Assembly: GCF_006345805.1 (NCBI RefSeq)
Contig: NC_042997.1
Location: forward strand, 80,848,001 to 80,912,000
Direction of reading: 5' to 3'
Source: Octopus sinensis
Taxonomy: Eukaryota
Length of the DNA: 64,000 bases
The notes under the pieces: model-generated
Seen by the model: only the letters and a program-made list of their open reading frames with translations
Told to the model about the DNA's origin: nothing
Database searches by the model: none
Position numbers and translations under genes: made by a program
In this document: one piece after another, positions 26,741-39,001 of the stretch
How the letters are laid out: every line of letters begins with the position of its first letter
How positions within the stretch are numbered: the first letter of the stretch is position 1

Positions 26741-27204
26741 TATATATATGAGGGAAACTGTGGAAGGAGTAGACCCAAGAAGACATGAGACGAAGTAGCA
26801 AGAAAGGATCTTCAGATACTGGGCCTCACTGAGGAAATGACAAGGGACCAGGAGTTGCGGGGATATGCTGTACTTGAGAAGATGCATTAAGCTAAGTAAA
26901 ATTGTGATCATCCATGCATACAGGAATGTCCTATGCAGGGGCCAGTGCCATGTAAAATGCACTAATACTGGTGTTACATAAGTGCACCTATGCCAGTGGC
27001 ACATGCAAAACACCTAGCACACTCTGTAAAGTAGTTGTCATTAAGAAGGGTATTCAGCCACAGAAACCATGGCAAAACAGACAGTCAGAAGCTGAACAGC
27101 TTCCCAGCTGGCCAGCTCTTGTCAAACTGTCCAGCCCATGCCAGTATTGAAAACAGATGTTAAATGAAGATGATGATATATATATATATACACACATAAG
27201 TGAA

Positions 27205-27398
27205 GAAAAGGCTGTGTGATAAGGGGTTTGCCTCCCAACCACATAGTGCTGGGTTCAGTACCACTGCATGGAACTTTTGGCAAGTGTCTTCTACTATGAC
27301 TTCAGGATGACCAAAGCTTTGTGAGTGGATTTGATAGATGGAAACTGAAAGAAGCCCATTGTTTATGTATATGTATATATATATATATACACATATAT

Positions 27399-27457
<59 letters not shown>

Positions 27458-27680
27458 GTATGTATTAGTGTGTGTGTTTGTGCTTGATGCCCACCACTGC
27501 TTGACAACTAGTGTTAGTGTATTTACATCCTTGTAACTTAGGTCAGCAAAAGAGACTGACAGAATAAGCACCAGGCATTAAAAATAGAAGTACTGGGGTC
27601 GATTCATTTGAGTAAAATTCTTGAAGGCGGTGCCCCAGCATGGCCACAGTCTAATGACTGAAACAAGTAAAAGAATAAAT
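27205..27680 (+). mobile_element. tRNA-head SINE with CR1-type tail (further partial copies ~19495-19610, 28120-28255 and 35250-35595 on the minus strand)
   Basis: Same head, core and tail as 24775-25180. Confidence 0.8.
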
Positions 27681-27699
27681 AAAAATATATATATATATG

Positions 27700-27915
27700 A
27701 AGAATAAGGAGAAAACGGAGAGGCAGTTAATAAAATATGACAGCATCTCTGACATCTTTACTACTTCTGAAGAGATTCATCTTATAATGATTTTAGTTTT
27801 CATAAATTAATTATCTAAAGACTACTGAATCGAAACAGCTGTCAGAGGTGTTGTCATATTTTATAATTAATATATAATATTTTATTAATTACCTCTCCAC
27901 TTTCTCCTTATTCTT
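27700..27915 (+). mobile_element. Short PLE/retrozyme-like unit with inverted extension and hammerhead
   Basis: 27700-27753 is the reverse complement of ~27841-27915 (which has an ~18-nt extra segment); the hammerhead lies in between. Confidence 0.7.
27761..27850 (+). ncRNA. Type-I minimal hammerhead ribozyme motif (HHR-2)
   Basis: CTGAAGA 27767-27773; stem II gattca/tgaatc; GAAA 27832-27835; palindrome acagctgt; GTC ending at 27843. Stem I is imperfect as written. Confidence 0.75.
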
Positions 27916-28059
27916 TAAATATATAAATATATGACCCATGATTTATATAGTTACCTTATTGTTGAACTTTCTATGGGTTGGTAACTCACCAGTATTTTCA
28001 TTGGATTTTATTATCCCTTAATGAGGCTTATAACCTTTATTTGAATCTCTCTCTATCTT

Positions 28060-28120
<61 letters not shown>

Positions 28121-29302
28121 TGGACTTCTTTCAGTTTTCTTTAACCAGGTCTATTCACAAGGTTTTGTCCAGAGCTATAGCACAAGACACTTGCCCTAAC
28201 TGCAGAATCATATAGTTAGGAAGTAAACTTCTTAACCACACAACTATGCCTGCACCTTTAAGTGTATATATATTGACACTCAGGTTTTTAAAATTTAAGG
28301 AAGACAAATTGCAATAAGAATTGGGGGCCTGACACTGATCTCCATGACTTGGCAACAACAATTCTTTTTTGGTCTAAAATCAAAAGTTATAAAGTGAAAA
28401 AAAAATTGCTTAATTATTGTAAAATCTCAAAAACAAATTTTGACTTATTCACTGTTCTATGTTATTTTGTTCAAGAGAAGGATAACAGTAGAATGGTACA
28501 CTTTCATACTTCATATCATGATTGTAATAGGTAAAAATATTTTGACATAGTTAAAAGTTAGTCTAAGTAAACTCAGTTAGATGTATTCAGAAAAAAGCAC
28601 CTGTTAATGATGATGATGAAGGATGTATAAAGTAAACAGAAAGTTTGGGGGTTGATTAATAATCAGATAAAAGGGCTTAAGCCGGTTCTCATAACACAGG
28701 AACCAGATAGAAAGTTGAAGGCTTGTGCATATAGTAAAATAGTTGGAAGGATTATGGCAGATACAGTTTAAAAAAAGTAAAAAAACAAATTAATACAAAA
28801 ATCTATGATTAAAATGGAACTTTGTTCCATTTCAACCTTTAGCAACATAAAGAAGAAGTAATATTTTAAAGTGAAGAAAAACTAACAAAAGCAATAATAA
28901 TAAAATTTTGGTAAAATGCAAATCAGAAGAATTATTTTCTAACTTTAGATAAAATCCAAAGATCCCCCAAAGTTTACTTCTTATTTTCTTTAGTAACCTG
29001 AACCAAGTACTGTGATGTTAAATCAGCTTTTCTGGTTTTATTTGCACTTCATTCAAAATATAAGGAAGGAAAAATTTTTATTTTTCACAAACAGGGTTGA
29101 TAGGAAGAGAAAAGAAGTTAAAAAGAAATAAAATAATTAATGTCGTTTACTTTCGAATATAATTTGCCTGTTATGTCCATGAGTATATAAATAATATATA
29201 TGTACATAAATGCATATATACATCTATATATATATGGGTATATATATATACATATATATATGTGTGTATACATACATATATACATGTATGTGTGTGTGTA
29301 TA

Positions 29303-29370
<68 letters not shown>

Positions 29371-29493
29371 GAGTGTGTGTGTGAGTATATATATATGTAA
29401 TATATGTATATATATATATGTGTGTGTGAATATATATATATGTAAATATGTGTGCATACATACATATATATATATATAAATACCATGTACATT

Positions 29494-29735
29494 AAAACAC
29501 ATCAAGAGGCTTCCAAATAGGAAAGCCTTGGGCTAGAAACAGCAGTAGAAAACTCAAATCACTAATTAGGGATAAATTCTCGAAAGGAATGAAAATTAAA
29601 AACGTTTACCATTTCATTTAGTTCCTAGACCATGGTTTTTAACTAATTCCAGTAAAAATATATTTACTGAGGCTATTTTTCATCAGTAGGAAACCTTTAG
29701 ATTTCAGATATACACACAACTAGATCCACATGTAA
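29494..29735 (-). mobile_element. Second copy of the 18.8-19.5 kb hammerhead unit; core GAAA mutated to AAAA
   Basis: Matches ~19140-19385 in reverse. Stem I ttccta/taggaa is perfect. Adjacent to a long (TA)n tract. Confidence 0.8.
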
Positions 29736-30019
29736 ACCAGTCTGATCTGGCAGTGTTTCTACAGCTGGATGCCCTTCCTAACGCCAACCACTCCGTGAGT
29801 GTAGTGAGTGCTTTTTATGTGCCACCGTCACAGGTGCCAGGCAAGGCTGGCAATGGCTACGATTGGTTGGTGCTTTTTACGTGCCACTGGCACGGAGGCT
29901 AGTCGAGGCGGTGCTGGCAACGGCTACGTTCGGATGGATCTTTTTACGTGCCACCGGCACTTGTATCACAACTGTAATTTCCATTGATTTTTGATTGATT
30001 TTGATTTCGCTTGCCTTAA

Positions 30020-30425
30020 CAGGTCTTTGCAAGCAGAGTTTTGTGTCCCAAGGAGGAAAGGTATGCATAAGTGGACTGGCTACATCCCAGGTAAAGGCCA
30101 TGGGTTATGGTCTCACTTGTCCTGCCGGGTCTTTTCATGCATGGCATATTCCAAAGGTCTCAGTCACTAGCCATTGCCTCCATGAGACCTAATGTTCGAA
30201 GGTCGTGCTTCACCACCTCATCCCAGGTCTTCCTGGGTCTACCTCTTTCACAGGTTCCCTCAACCACTAGGGTGTGGCACTTTTTCACACACCTATTTCA
30301 TCCATTCTTGCCACATGACCATACCAGTGCAAACGTCTCTCTTGCACCCCCAACTGATGCTTCTTAGGTCCAACTTTTCTCTCAAGGTACTTACACTCTG
30401 TCGAGTATGAACACTGACATTACAC
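30020..30425 (-). mobile_element. RTE LINE ORF C-terminal fragment
   Basis: ggatgtgtaatgtcagtgttcat...gtaagtaccttgagagaaaagttggacctaagaagcatcagttg is shared with 40980-41060. Confidence 0.75.
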
Positions 30426-30438
30426 ATCCATGAACACT

Positions 30439-30487
<49 letters not shown>

Positions 30488-30589
30488 ATATGTATTTATG
30501 TGTGTGGATGTGTGCGTGTGTGTGGGTATGTGCATATATAGATGTGTGCATGTATGTGTGCATGTGAGTACGTGCGTAAATAGATGTAT

Positions 30590-31250
30590 TTTACTCAGTG
30601 TTTTTGCACCTTTTCCTGTATTTTTGCTTTTAGCCCTGTTTTTTCTTGTGTATGTGCACATATAGACGTATGTATGATCCTTTTTGTGCATGCGTGTGTG
30701 TGTGTGTGTATATGGGCGTGTGTGTGTGTGTGCATATGGGTATGTGTGTATACAGACGTGGTTTACTCTTTGTATACTTCCTTATGCCTTTTTTCTGTAT
30801 TGTTACCCTTAGCTCTGTTTTTTCTTGTGCTTGTGCATATATAGACGTGTGTATGAACCTTTATGGTGTGCATGTGTGTGTGTGGGTTTGTATGTATATA
30901 CATATACATTTGACGAATGATAAGAGTGAGGATGTGTACGTTTTCAAGTGAGGGTGGATGAATGTATACTTTTAGGTGCATGCATGTGTAGGTATGAACA
31001 TGCGTGCTTTCGCGAATACTATGAAATTCTTACCCCCTAACTTTTACTCCCTCCCCTTACTTAGCGGTCATTCAAATAGCTCTTTTGTCTTAATAACGGT
31101 CAATCACACAGTAAATTCCCTTTGTATAATGGTCATTTTTCATAGCATTCTTCCGATGGCTGGATAACTGAAGAGATGGTGGTGTGGATTTCCACCTCGG
31201 CATCCGAAACTCGGAGTTTTATCATGGGTATCGAATAATTGTCACATTTT
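30590..31250 (+). mobile_element. PLE-pLTR-like unit: two ~175-bp diverged direct repeats followed by a hammerhead
   Basis: ttagccctgttttttcttgtgtatgtgcacatatagacg / ttagctctgttttttcttgtgcttgtgcatatatagacg repeat; hammerhead at 31163-31223; (TA)n-rich on both flanks. Confidence 0.55.
31163..31223 (+). ncRNA. Type-I minimal hammerhead ribozyme motif (HHR-3)
   Basis: Stem I gataa/ttatc; CTGAAGA 31168-31174; stem II gatg...catc with one extra C; GAAA 31206-31209; stem III actc-g-gagt; GTT triplet. Confidence 0.7.
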
Positions 31251-31255
31251 ATATT

Positions 31256-31345
<90 letters not shown>

Positions 31346-31409
31346 TATATATATATATATTATATATATATATGCATGTATACATATGTAAGTATTTATG
31401 TATATATAT

Positions 31410-31466
<57 letters not shown>

Positions 31467-31734
31467 AATGTGTATATATATAATATATATATATATATAT
31501 GTATGTTTGTATATATATTATATATATATATATATATATACATACATATATATGTATGCATATATATATATGTACGTATACATATATATATATATATGTG
31601 TGTGTATATATATATAATATATATATATATATTATATATATATATGTAAGTATATATGTATGTATGTATATATATACATATGTATATATAAATGTATGTA
31701 TGTATATATATACATGTATGTATGCATATATATG

Positions 31735-31778
<44 letters not shown>

Positions 31779-31788
31779 ATATATGTAT

Positions 31789-31841
<53 letters not shown>

Positions 31842-31870
31842 TATACGTATGTGTGTGTGTTTATATATAG
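31250..31870. repeat. ~620-bp degenerate (TA)n/(TATG)n/(CA)n microsatellite; many shorter tracts occur through the window
   Basis: Read directly from the sequence. It accounts for the [10 protein letters not shown] pseudo-ORFs. Confidence 0.95.
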
Positions 31871-33365
31871 ATATATTTAATTCTGTGTAATATATTGTCA
31901 TAGATTTGTTGAATTAATGGGAGCCATATACTATACTTGGAATTCATGTGCTGCATTTCTTTCTAAAGATGAATAGAGTTATTTGTGACCCAGCTGTATA
32001 ATTCTTTAGTTATGCATATGTTTAAACGCACAATGCTATATGCCTTCCACAATATTCTGCCAATAATAACAACAGAAACTACAATAATAATAGACATTAC
32101 TGATTTTGCATATCACAATACATGTTTTAGTGAATGTCATAGAGCAGCAGTAAGCCTATACAACAAGTCAAAATCCATAAACAGACTTTGTCTCTCAGTT
32201 ATAGCTCTATCAATTCATTTGTTTTGCTTATGTTCTTTAGGAAAGGCATGAATGCTACAGCAATTATTATCATCATATTTATTGATTTATTTGAGAAAAA
32301 TAAGAATTTGCATATAATGGAAGCTTAATAAGAAAGACGAAGCACTTTCATTGTTGTACTATAAATATTGAGTATATCTGTAGTTTGTCTTGAATAACTT
32401 CTTAATAGTAAACTATTTCTTCACTCTAGGGGAAAAAGTCAGATTTCTTAAGAATTATTAATACCTTTCTTTAATTTAATTAGTTAGTCAAAGATTAATT
32501 GTCTAACATTATTCTCCACATATTAATAATATATTGCTTTTAACAAAAGTATGCTTAATTAGGTTACTTTCTTCATACAGTCTTAGCAAATTCATTAATA
32601 TTTACGTCTGGGGAGTAAAAAGGTCAGACCAACAAATTGTCTGCTTTTCTATTGAAAAGTTTTGGATTTGTGTCCCATTGGGAAGACCATGTCATACCTT
32701 AAACATGGTCCAGAAGCATCCTATTCCATTATTTGACAATAGAGAAGGTAAAGAGTGTGATGGAGATGACTTTGTGGTGGGGCAGTTTGAAAGTTCAGAA
32801 TTATGAAATCTTTTGTATTAAATCTTTGACCTGGTTCAGACTCGTTGCTAATAAAATACAGATGGAATATAGAGTTTGATAAATGGAGAGTTTCATAACT
32901 TTTGAGTCATAGAAACACTATTTCTGACATCATATTCATCCAGTGTATCATTAGCAAGTTAGCTTAGTAAGATCCTATCTCTTTTAAATTGCTGTTAATG
33001 CAGCAAGTGAATGGATTCAAGCATTCATCTATATTTACAATGCTACCACTACTGACAGCAATAAGTTGTTTATATCTGCAGCACCTATTTATTGTTAGTT
33101 GGACTAAATCCTTAGTGAGTAATGTGTTTCAGTCACAGGCAAACCATGATGCCAGAAGTATGAGAGAAACGGCCAGTCTCTTTGGTAGCCATCAACAGTA
33201 TTACTTTTTTTTATACTCATTTTTCAGTGTTTACATCAGTCAAATGGAATTCATTGTGGCTGGTTTTCTACTGCCAAATGGCCTTCATGTTGCCAACTTT
33301 CCTTGTTTTCAAACTAAGTAACAACTTGCATGATGGTATTTCTCACTCACACACACACACACATA

Positions 33366-33449
<84 letters not shown>

Positions 33450-33678
33450 CTCTCTCTCTCTTTTTGCATCTATCATGTGCTGTCAAAACAAGGATTCACA
33501 ATCACGCACATATACACACATACAGACAGACATACTTATATTCATTCTTACATGTGTTCTGTTGTGCCATGCAGATACACAGGTGCAAGTTTATCCACAC
33601 ACATGCACACAACATGCACTCATGTACACATACATCAACCAAATCAAGTAACCACAAATTCCAAACGCTTGTCTTAAT

Positions 33679-33892
33679 TTAACCTTTTAGCATTTAGATT
33701 ACTCAGTCAAATATAATGCTTATTTATTCACATTGTTTGGAATTAATCATGTATTATCGCGTAGCTATGAGATTTTGTTAATGTGATTACATATTGTAGG
33801 GTAGGTGTGGAAGGCCAAATCTGGCCACTTTGAACATAAAACAGGTGGAATATTTGGGCTGGATGTGGCTGATTTAACTGCTAAAGGGTTAA
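33679..33892. mobile_element. piggyBac-type MITE, TTAA-bounded (further copies at 58230-58457 and 59203-59424)
   Basis: ttaaccttttagca...tgctaaagggttaa termini; three ~215-230 bp homologous copies. Confidence 0.75.
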
Positions 33893-34184
33893 AAGATTCT
33901 TACCACTTCATGATTGACTTGAATTTTGCAAAGATAAAAAATATAAAGAAATTTCAAGGAAACACACAAAAATGCACATTTGTATGTATGTATGTATGTA
34001 CATACGCATACATACATACACATACATACATACATACATACATACATACATACATACATACATACATACATACATGCACCAAATTCACTCACAAGCACCA
34101 TTTTGGCCATCTTTGTTCTCATGTGACATATACCTAATTCAATAAAAGAAAGCCAATGCAAATATATTTTTCATTTAGTAAATG

Positions 34185-34380
34185 AAGTTGGCAAGCTGGC
34201 AGAATCATTAGAACACCAAGCAAAATTCTTAATGGCATTTCATCTGTTTTTACATTTTGAGTTCAAATCCTGCCTTTCAGGGTCGATAAAATAAGTACCT
34301 GTTGAGCCCTGAAGTTGATATAATTGACTAGCCCCCTTCCCATAAAAATTGCTGGCTCTATGCCAGAATTTGAAACAAAT
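34185..34380 (+). mobile_element. Decayed SINE of a second family
   Basis: ggcaagctggcagaatcattag head and ttttgagttcaaatcc B-box-like motif; family assignment from recall. Confidence 0.5.
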
Positions 34381-35598
34381 TAGTAAAGTAGAAATTTCAA
34401 CCTATTCACTGAAAAATCAAGATTTTATGTATTGTGCATTGTCATTAATGTTGTTCAGTGTCCTGAGCAAGGCATGAAATATAGTATTCTAGTAGCTAAA
34501 ATAATTAGAAATAAAACAGGCAATTATTATATACAACTGCATGCATGTGCACATACACGCAAGTACTGTCCAAATCTCCGACCAATCACATACAGCTAGC
34601 TGGCATTCAATTGGCGTATCAAGTTTCGGGCATTTTGATTGGGTTTTGGATAGAAAATTCATGAAAACGTCACTTCTATTGATTTTTTTTAATGGCTTTG
34701 TGGGGTGACCGGGGAAATGTAAAGATATGCACGACCACCCTTGGACGGTTTTGAATGACCATAGAAAGTGCAAGCCCGCTAACTGAAAAATTGTGGATTT
34801 GTATAAAGGATACACACAGACAGACATTTTGCTGTTTATATATATATAGAGATATATCCTTTATCCTTCCTCCTCCGCTTCCTCCTCCTCCTCCTCATCA
34901 TCATCATCATCATTTAACATCTGTTTTCCATGCTGGCATGGGCTGGACATTTGACATGGAGCTGGCCAGCCAGGGATCTGTCCAGATTCCAATCGTCTGT
35001 TGTAGCATGATTTCTCTTGCTGGATGCCCTTCCTAACGTCAACCACTTTACAGAGTGAGCTAGGTGCTTTTCATGTGCCACTGGCATGGGTGTATTTATG
35101 CAGCACTGGCATGAGTGCATATTATGTGGCACTGGCACCTGTAAAGGACAAGCCTATATGTATGGATGACAGCAATTTTACTTAGCTTGGCACATCTATT
35201 CAAGTACAACAAATCGCTACAACTTCTGGTCCCTTGTCCTTTTACTTATTTCAGTCATAGATTGTGGCCATGTGGGGACACTGCCTTGAGAGTTTTAGTT
35301 GAATGGATCACCACCAGAACTCTTTTTGTTTTTTTAAGCCTGGTCTCTTTTACAGAACCGCTAAATTACAGGGTCATAAAACACCAACACTGATTGTCAA
35401 GTGGAGATGAGGGAGAAACACACACACACATACACACACACATACACGATGAACTTTTTTACATTTCCATCTTCCATTTCCACCCACAAGGCTTTGGTTT
35501 ACCTGAGGCTCTAGTAGAAGACACTAACCCAAGATGCCACACAGAGGGACTGAACCCAGAACCATGTGTTTGGGAAGCAAACTTAGCTATACCTCTGC

Positions 35599-35639
<41 letters not shown>

Positions 35640-35664
35640 AACACACACACAAACACACACACAA

Positions 35665-35695
<31 letters not shown>

Positions 35696-35739
35696 CATAT
35701 ATATATAGATATCAGTTGAATAAAGTTAAAACATGGAAT

Positions 35740-36945
35740 GGTCTTCACGATTTTTATTATGCTATTTTAACGTTAAAAAATATTTTGTAATGCTCATAAA
35801 GTTAAATTAACACACCAGTACCTAAATTTCAAATCATACCACTCAACACACACAAATCGCAACATCCAGGAAAATTTGTACTATAGTCAATGATCCAAAT
35901 ACCAGAAATACATGACTTATAGAACTCAAAGGATTCCTGCTCAAGGAAAATTACCTTCTCCTACTTATAGAAAATAGCATACAATGAACAAAAGAGATAA
36001 CTATATAACAACTTTGAGCAACACAAAAAAGACAAACACATCAAAGGAACACAATACCATTTCTAGTAACACACAATCTGCATCACCAAAACATTTTAAA
36101 AATCATCAAAACAAATTTGCCAATCTTAAAACAAAGTCAAAAAATTAAAAAATATAATAACTAATCACTTATCTTAAGCAAAAAGGCAACCACATAACAA
36201 AGGCAAAATTCAACATGAACAAACAGGATAAAACATTCACAGTATCCAAGTGTAATAGTAACAGATGTGGAACATGTCAATACATGCATACAGGCAGATC
36301 CATTAGAACAAAAAAATGGACAGACTTTCACAAATCCAGATATGAACTGCAAAAGCAGAAATTTGATCTACTGCATTAAATACCTGAATTGCAAGGAATT
36401 ATATATAGGCAAGACAGGGAATGCATTATCAGAATGCTCACCAGTCCACAGACAACAAATCCGGAACACTAATGTTCGCCAAATTCCATTGAGCGAACAT
36501 ATAGAAGCATGTTGTCAGAAAATGTTTCCAATTTTTTCTTTCCACAAACTACATGACACAAGTGAGGCTGGAAGAAAGATAAAAGAAAAACGGTTTATTA
36601 AAATGTTCAAACTTGTTCTGAACGGAAATAACAGCATTAATATAACAAACAGCTAATGATATGGATAAAAAATTTCACTAGCATATAAATATAAACAAGT
36701 TACTGAATATTAGTACACCTGGCAAACCGTGATGTTTAAGATGCACGTGGATTAGTCAAAAAAGTATTCTAAAAATTCAGCTTGTTGAATTAAGAGGTAC
36801 AACAGTTGTCAAGAACTCAACTGTCAGTTAAACACATTTGAAATTTGATGATTACACTATGTAAGAAAGTGCTAATTTAACTTTATGAGCATTACAAAAT
36901 ATTTTTTTAATGTTAAAATACTATAATAAAAATGTGAAAACTAGA
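35740..36945 (+). mobile_element. Penelope-like element, 5'-truncated: RT thumb, GIY-YIG endonuclease and pLTR, with an inverted 5' pLTR piece
   Basis: THQYLNFKSYHSTHTNRNI (~35812-35870); NCKSRNLIYCIKYLNCKELYIGKTGNAL..HRQQ (36267-36656, GIY-YIG). 35740-35813 is inverted relative to 36869-36945. Confidence 0.85.
36838..36881 (+). ncRNA. Minimal hammerhead motif in the PLE pLTR (HHR-4)
   Basis: aaat TTGATGA ttaca-cta-tgtaa GAAA gtgc TA attt. The core has a C3-to-T change; gtgc is plausibly a CpG-decayed palindromic gcgc. Confidence 0.65.
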
Positions 36946-37003
36946 CCATGCTTTAACTTTATTCAACTGATATATTATTCTATATACATTCATACAAATT
37001 TGA

Positions 37004-37050
<47 letters not shown>

Positions 37051-37149
37051 CCACATATGTAGTAGTATATATATATATATATATTACATATATATATGTA
37101 TATGATATATATGATGTGTATATATATGTATATATATGTGTATATGTAT

Positions 37150-37420
37150 GTATAAGTTGATAATGGTAGTATTGGGGAGTAGGTCCAAACTTGCAGGGAA
37201 GGGTTGGATTTGGGATTGAATCCAGTTTTGTAGTATAGATGTATTATACTGTATTGTGTTGGATTGGAGATGGAACCACTGTTGGGTGGATCAGGTGGTG
37301 AAGGGCATAGGCCGGTGCATAGAATTGATTTGAAGGTGTAGGAGTTGAAATTTGAAAAATTGTTTAGGTGATTTAAACTTATAAATTTTAAATGTATATG
37401 TACAAATATATATGTATATA
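37150..37420 (-). mobile_element. PLE ORF N-terminal remnant
   Basis: NNFSNFNSYTFKSILCTGLCPSPPDPP resembles the PLE N-terminal N-L-S-x-x-x-L...L-x-K-G-L-x-F-x-P-T-P motif. Confidence 0.45.
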
Positions 37421-37655
37421 TATGTATGTATATTTTTGGCCGTTTGCCAGCTCCGTCTGGCACCTGTGCGGGTGGTAACGTAAAAAGCACCCACTACACT
37501 CACGGAGTGGTTGGCGTTAGGAAGGGCATCCAGCCGTAGAAACACTGCCAGATCAGACTGGGCCTGATGCAGCCTTCTGGCTTCACAGACCCCAGTTGAA
37601 CTGTCCAACCCATGCTAGCATGGAAAGCGGACGCTAAATGATGATGATGATGATG

Positions 37656-37692
<37 letters not shown>

Positions 37693-37698
37693 ATATAT

Positions 37699-37764
<66 letters not shown>

Positions 37765-37766
37765 GT

Positions 37767-38052
37767 GGAGGTGCAATGGCCCAGAGGTCAGGGCAGCGGA
37801 CTCGTGGTCGTAGGATCGCGGTTTTGATTCCCAGACCGGGCATTGTGTATGTTTATTGAGCGAAAAACACCTAAAAGCTCCACGAGGCTCCGGCAGGGGG
37901 TGGTGATCCCTGCTGTACTCTTTCACCACTCTTTCTCTCACTCTTCTGTTGGCCTGCTCGCTTAGCCAGCGGGGTGGCGTCATTCGAAGGCTAAAACAAT
38001 GCGAACACATTGTGACCAGCGATGTGTAGCAACATCTGATGGTCTGGTTGGT

Positions 38053-38060
<8 letters not shown>
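37767..38060 (+). mobile_element. tRNA-derived SINE (third family)
   Basis: A-box-like TGGCCCAGAGG and B-box-like GGTTTTGATTCCC; CpG-rich; bounded by (TA)n. Confidence 0.7.
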
Positions 38061-38109
<49 letters not shown>

Positions 38110-38111
<2 letters not shown>

Positions 38112-38544
38112 TAATGTTCATAGCCACTTCAGCATGGCTATCTATTTGAACGAACTTTATTGTGATTTTTTAACCCCAAGTGGACATCTCCTCTGGCTGG
38201 ATAATGATGCACAGCTGCATCCAGGAGATTGCAAGCAAGGGAGCAAAGCCCTACCAACTTCTAGCAACATGACCAGCTGACCAGCCTGGTTTTGGGCTAT
38301 TTCTGCCTCTCTTCAGTACTTGACATCTTATCTGCTAGAGATAGTAGTAGAAATAGCCTGAAGCCAGGCTGGTCAGCTGGTCCTGTTGCTAGAAGGTGGT
38401 AGGGTTTCGCTCCCCTACTTGCAGTATCTCAGATGCAGCAGTGCATTATTAACCAGCTAGAGGAGATGTCCTCTTGGGGTTAAAAAAATCGCAGTAAAGT
38501 CCGTTTGAATGGACAACTATGTTAAAGCGGCTATGGACATTACT
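38110..38544. mobile_element. Fold-back MITE (~195-bp arms, TA-flanked); half copy at ~38715-38846
   Basis: agtaatgttcatagcc...ggctatggacattact termini; the arms pair inward to gctatttct/agaaatagc. Confidence 0.85.
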
Positions 38545-38855
38545 TATTTGTACAACTACTGCATTGATCTCATAGAGAGATTTTAGAATTAGTATCCTTA
38601 CTAATATAGATATGTGTGTGTGTGTGTGTGTAAAATTTCATATCAGATTTTTGTGAGTGTAGTACTCATCCAATATTTAATTGTTTACCTCTTTTCTCTC
38701 TATTCCTCCTTCTTCCCTTGCTTGCAATCTCCTGGATGCAGCTGTGCATCATTAACCAGCCAGAAGAGATGTCCACTTGGGGTTAAAAAATCACAATAAA
38801 GTCCGTTCAAATGGACAGCCATGTTGAAGTGGGTATGAACATTACTTATATATAT

Positions 38856-38890
<35 letters not shown>

Positions 38891-39001
38891 TGTTTAAAAT
38901 TTGTATGAATGTATATAGAATAATAAATCAGTATATATATATATTATATATATATATATAAATATATATTGTTATATTTCAGGTTGGTCATTTATTCATT
39001 G

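Noticed and set aside
29118-31901. Many [14 protein letters not shown] ORFs in the ORF track (also 14.5, 27.2, 33.3, 35.5, 37.7 and 43.0-43.5 kb)
   Set aside because: They are translations of microsatellites.
32581-32747. Possible exon (tttcttcatacag ... G|GTAAAG) with one open frame
   Set aside because: No recognisable homology and no partner exons; it cannot be told from chance without RNA-seq.
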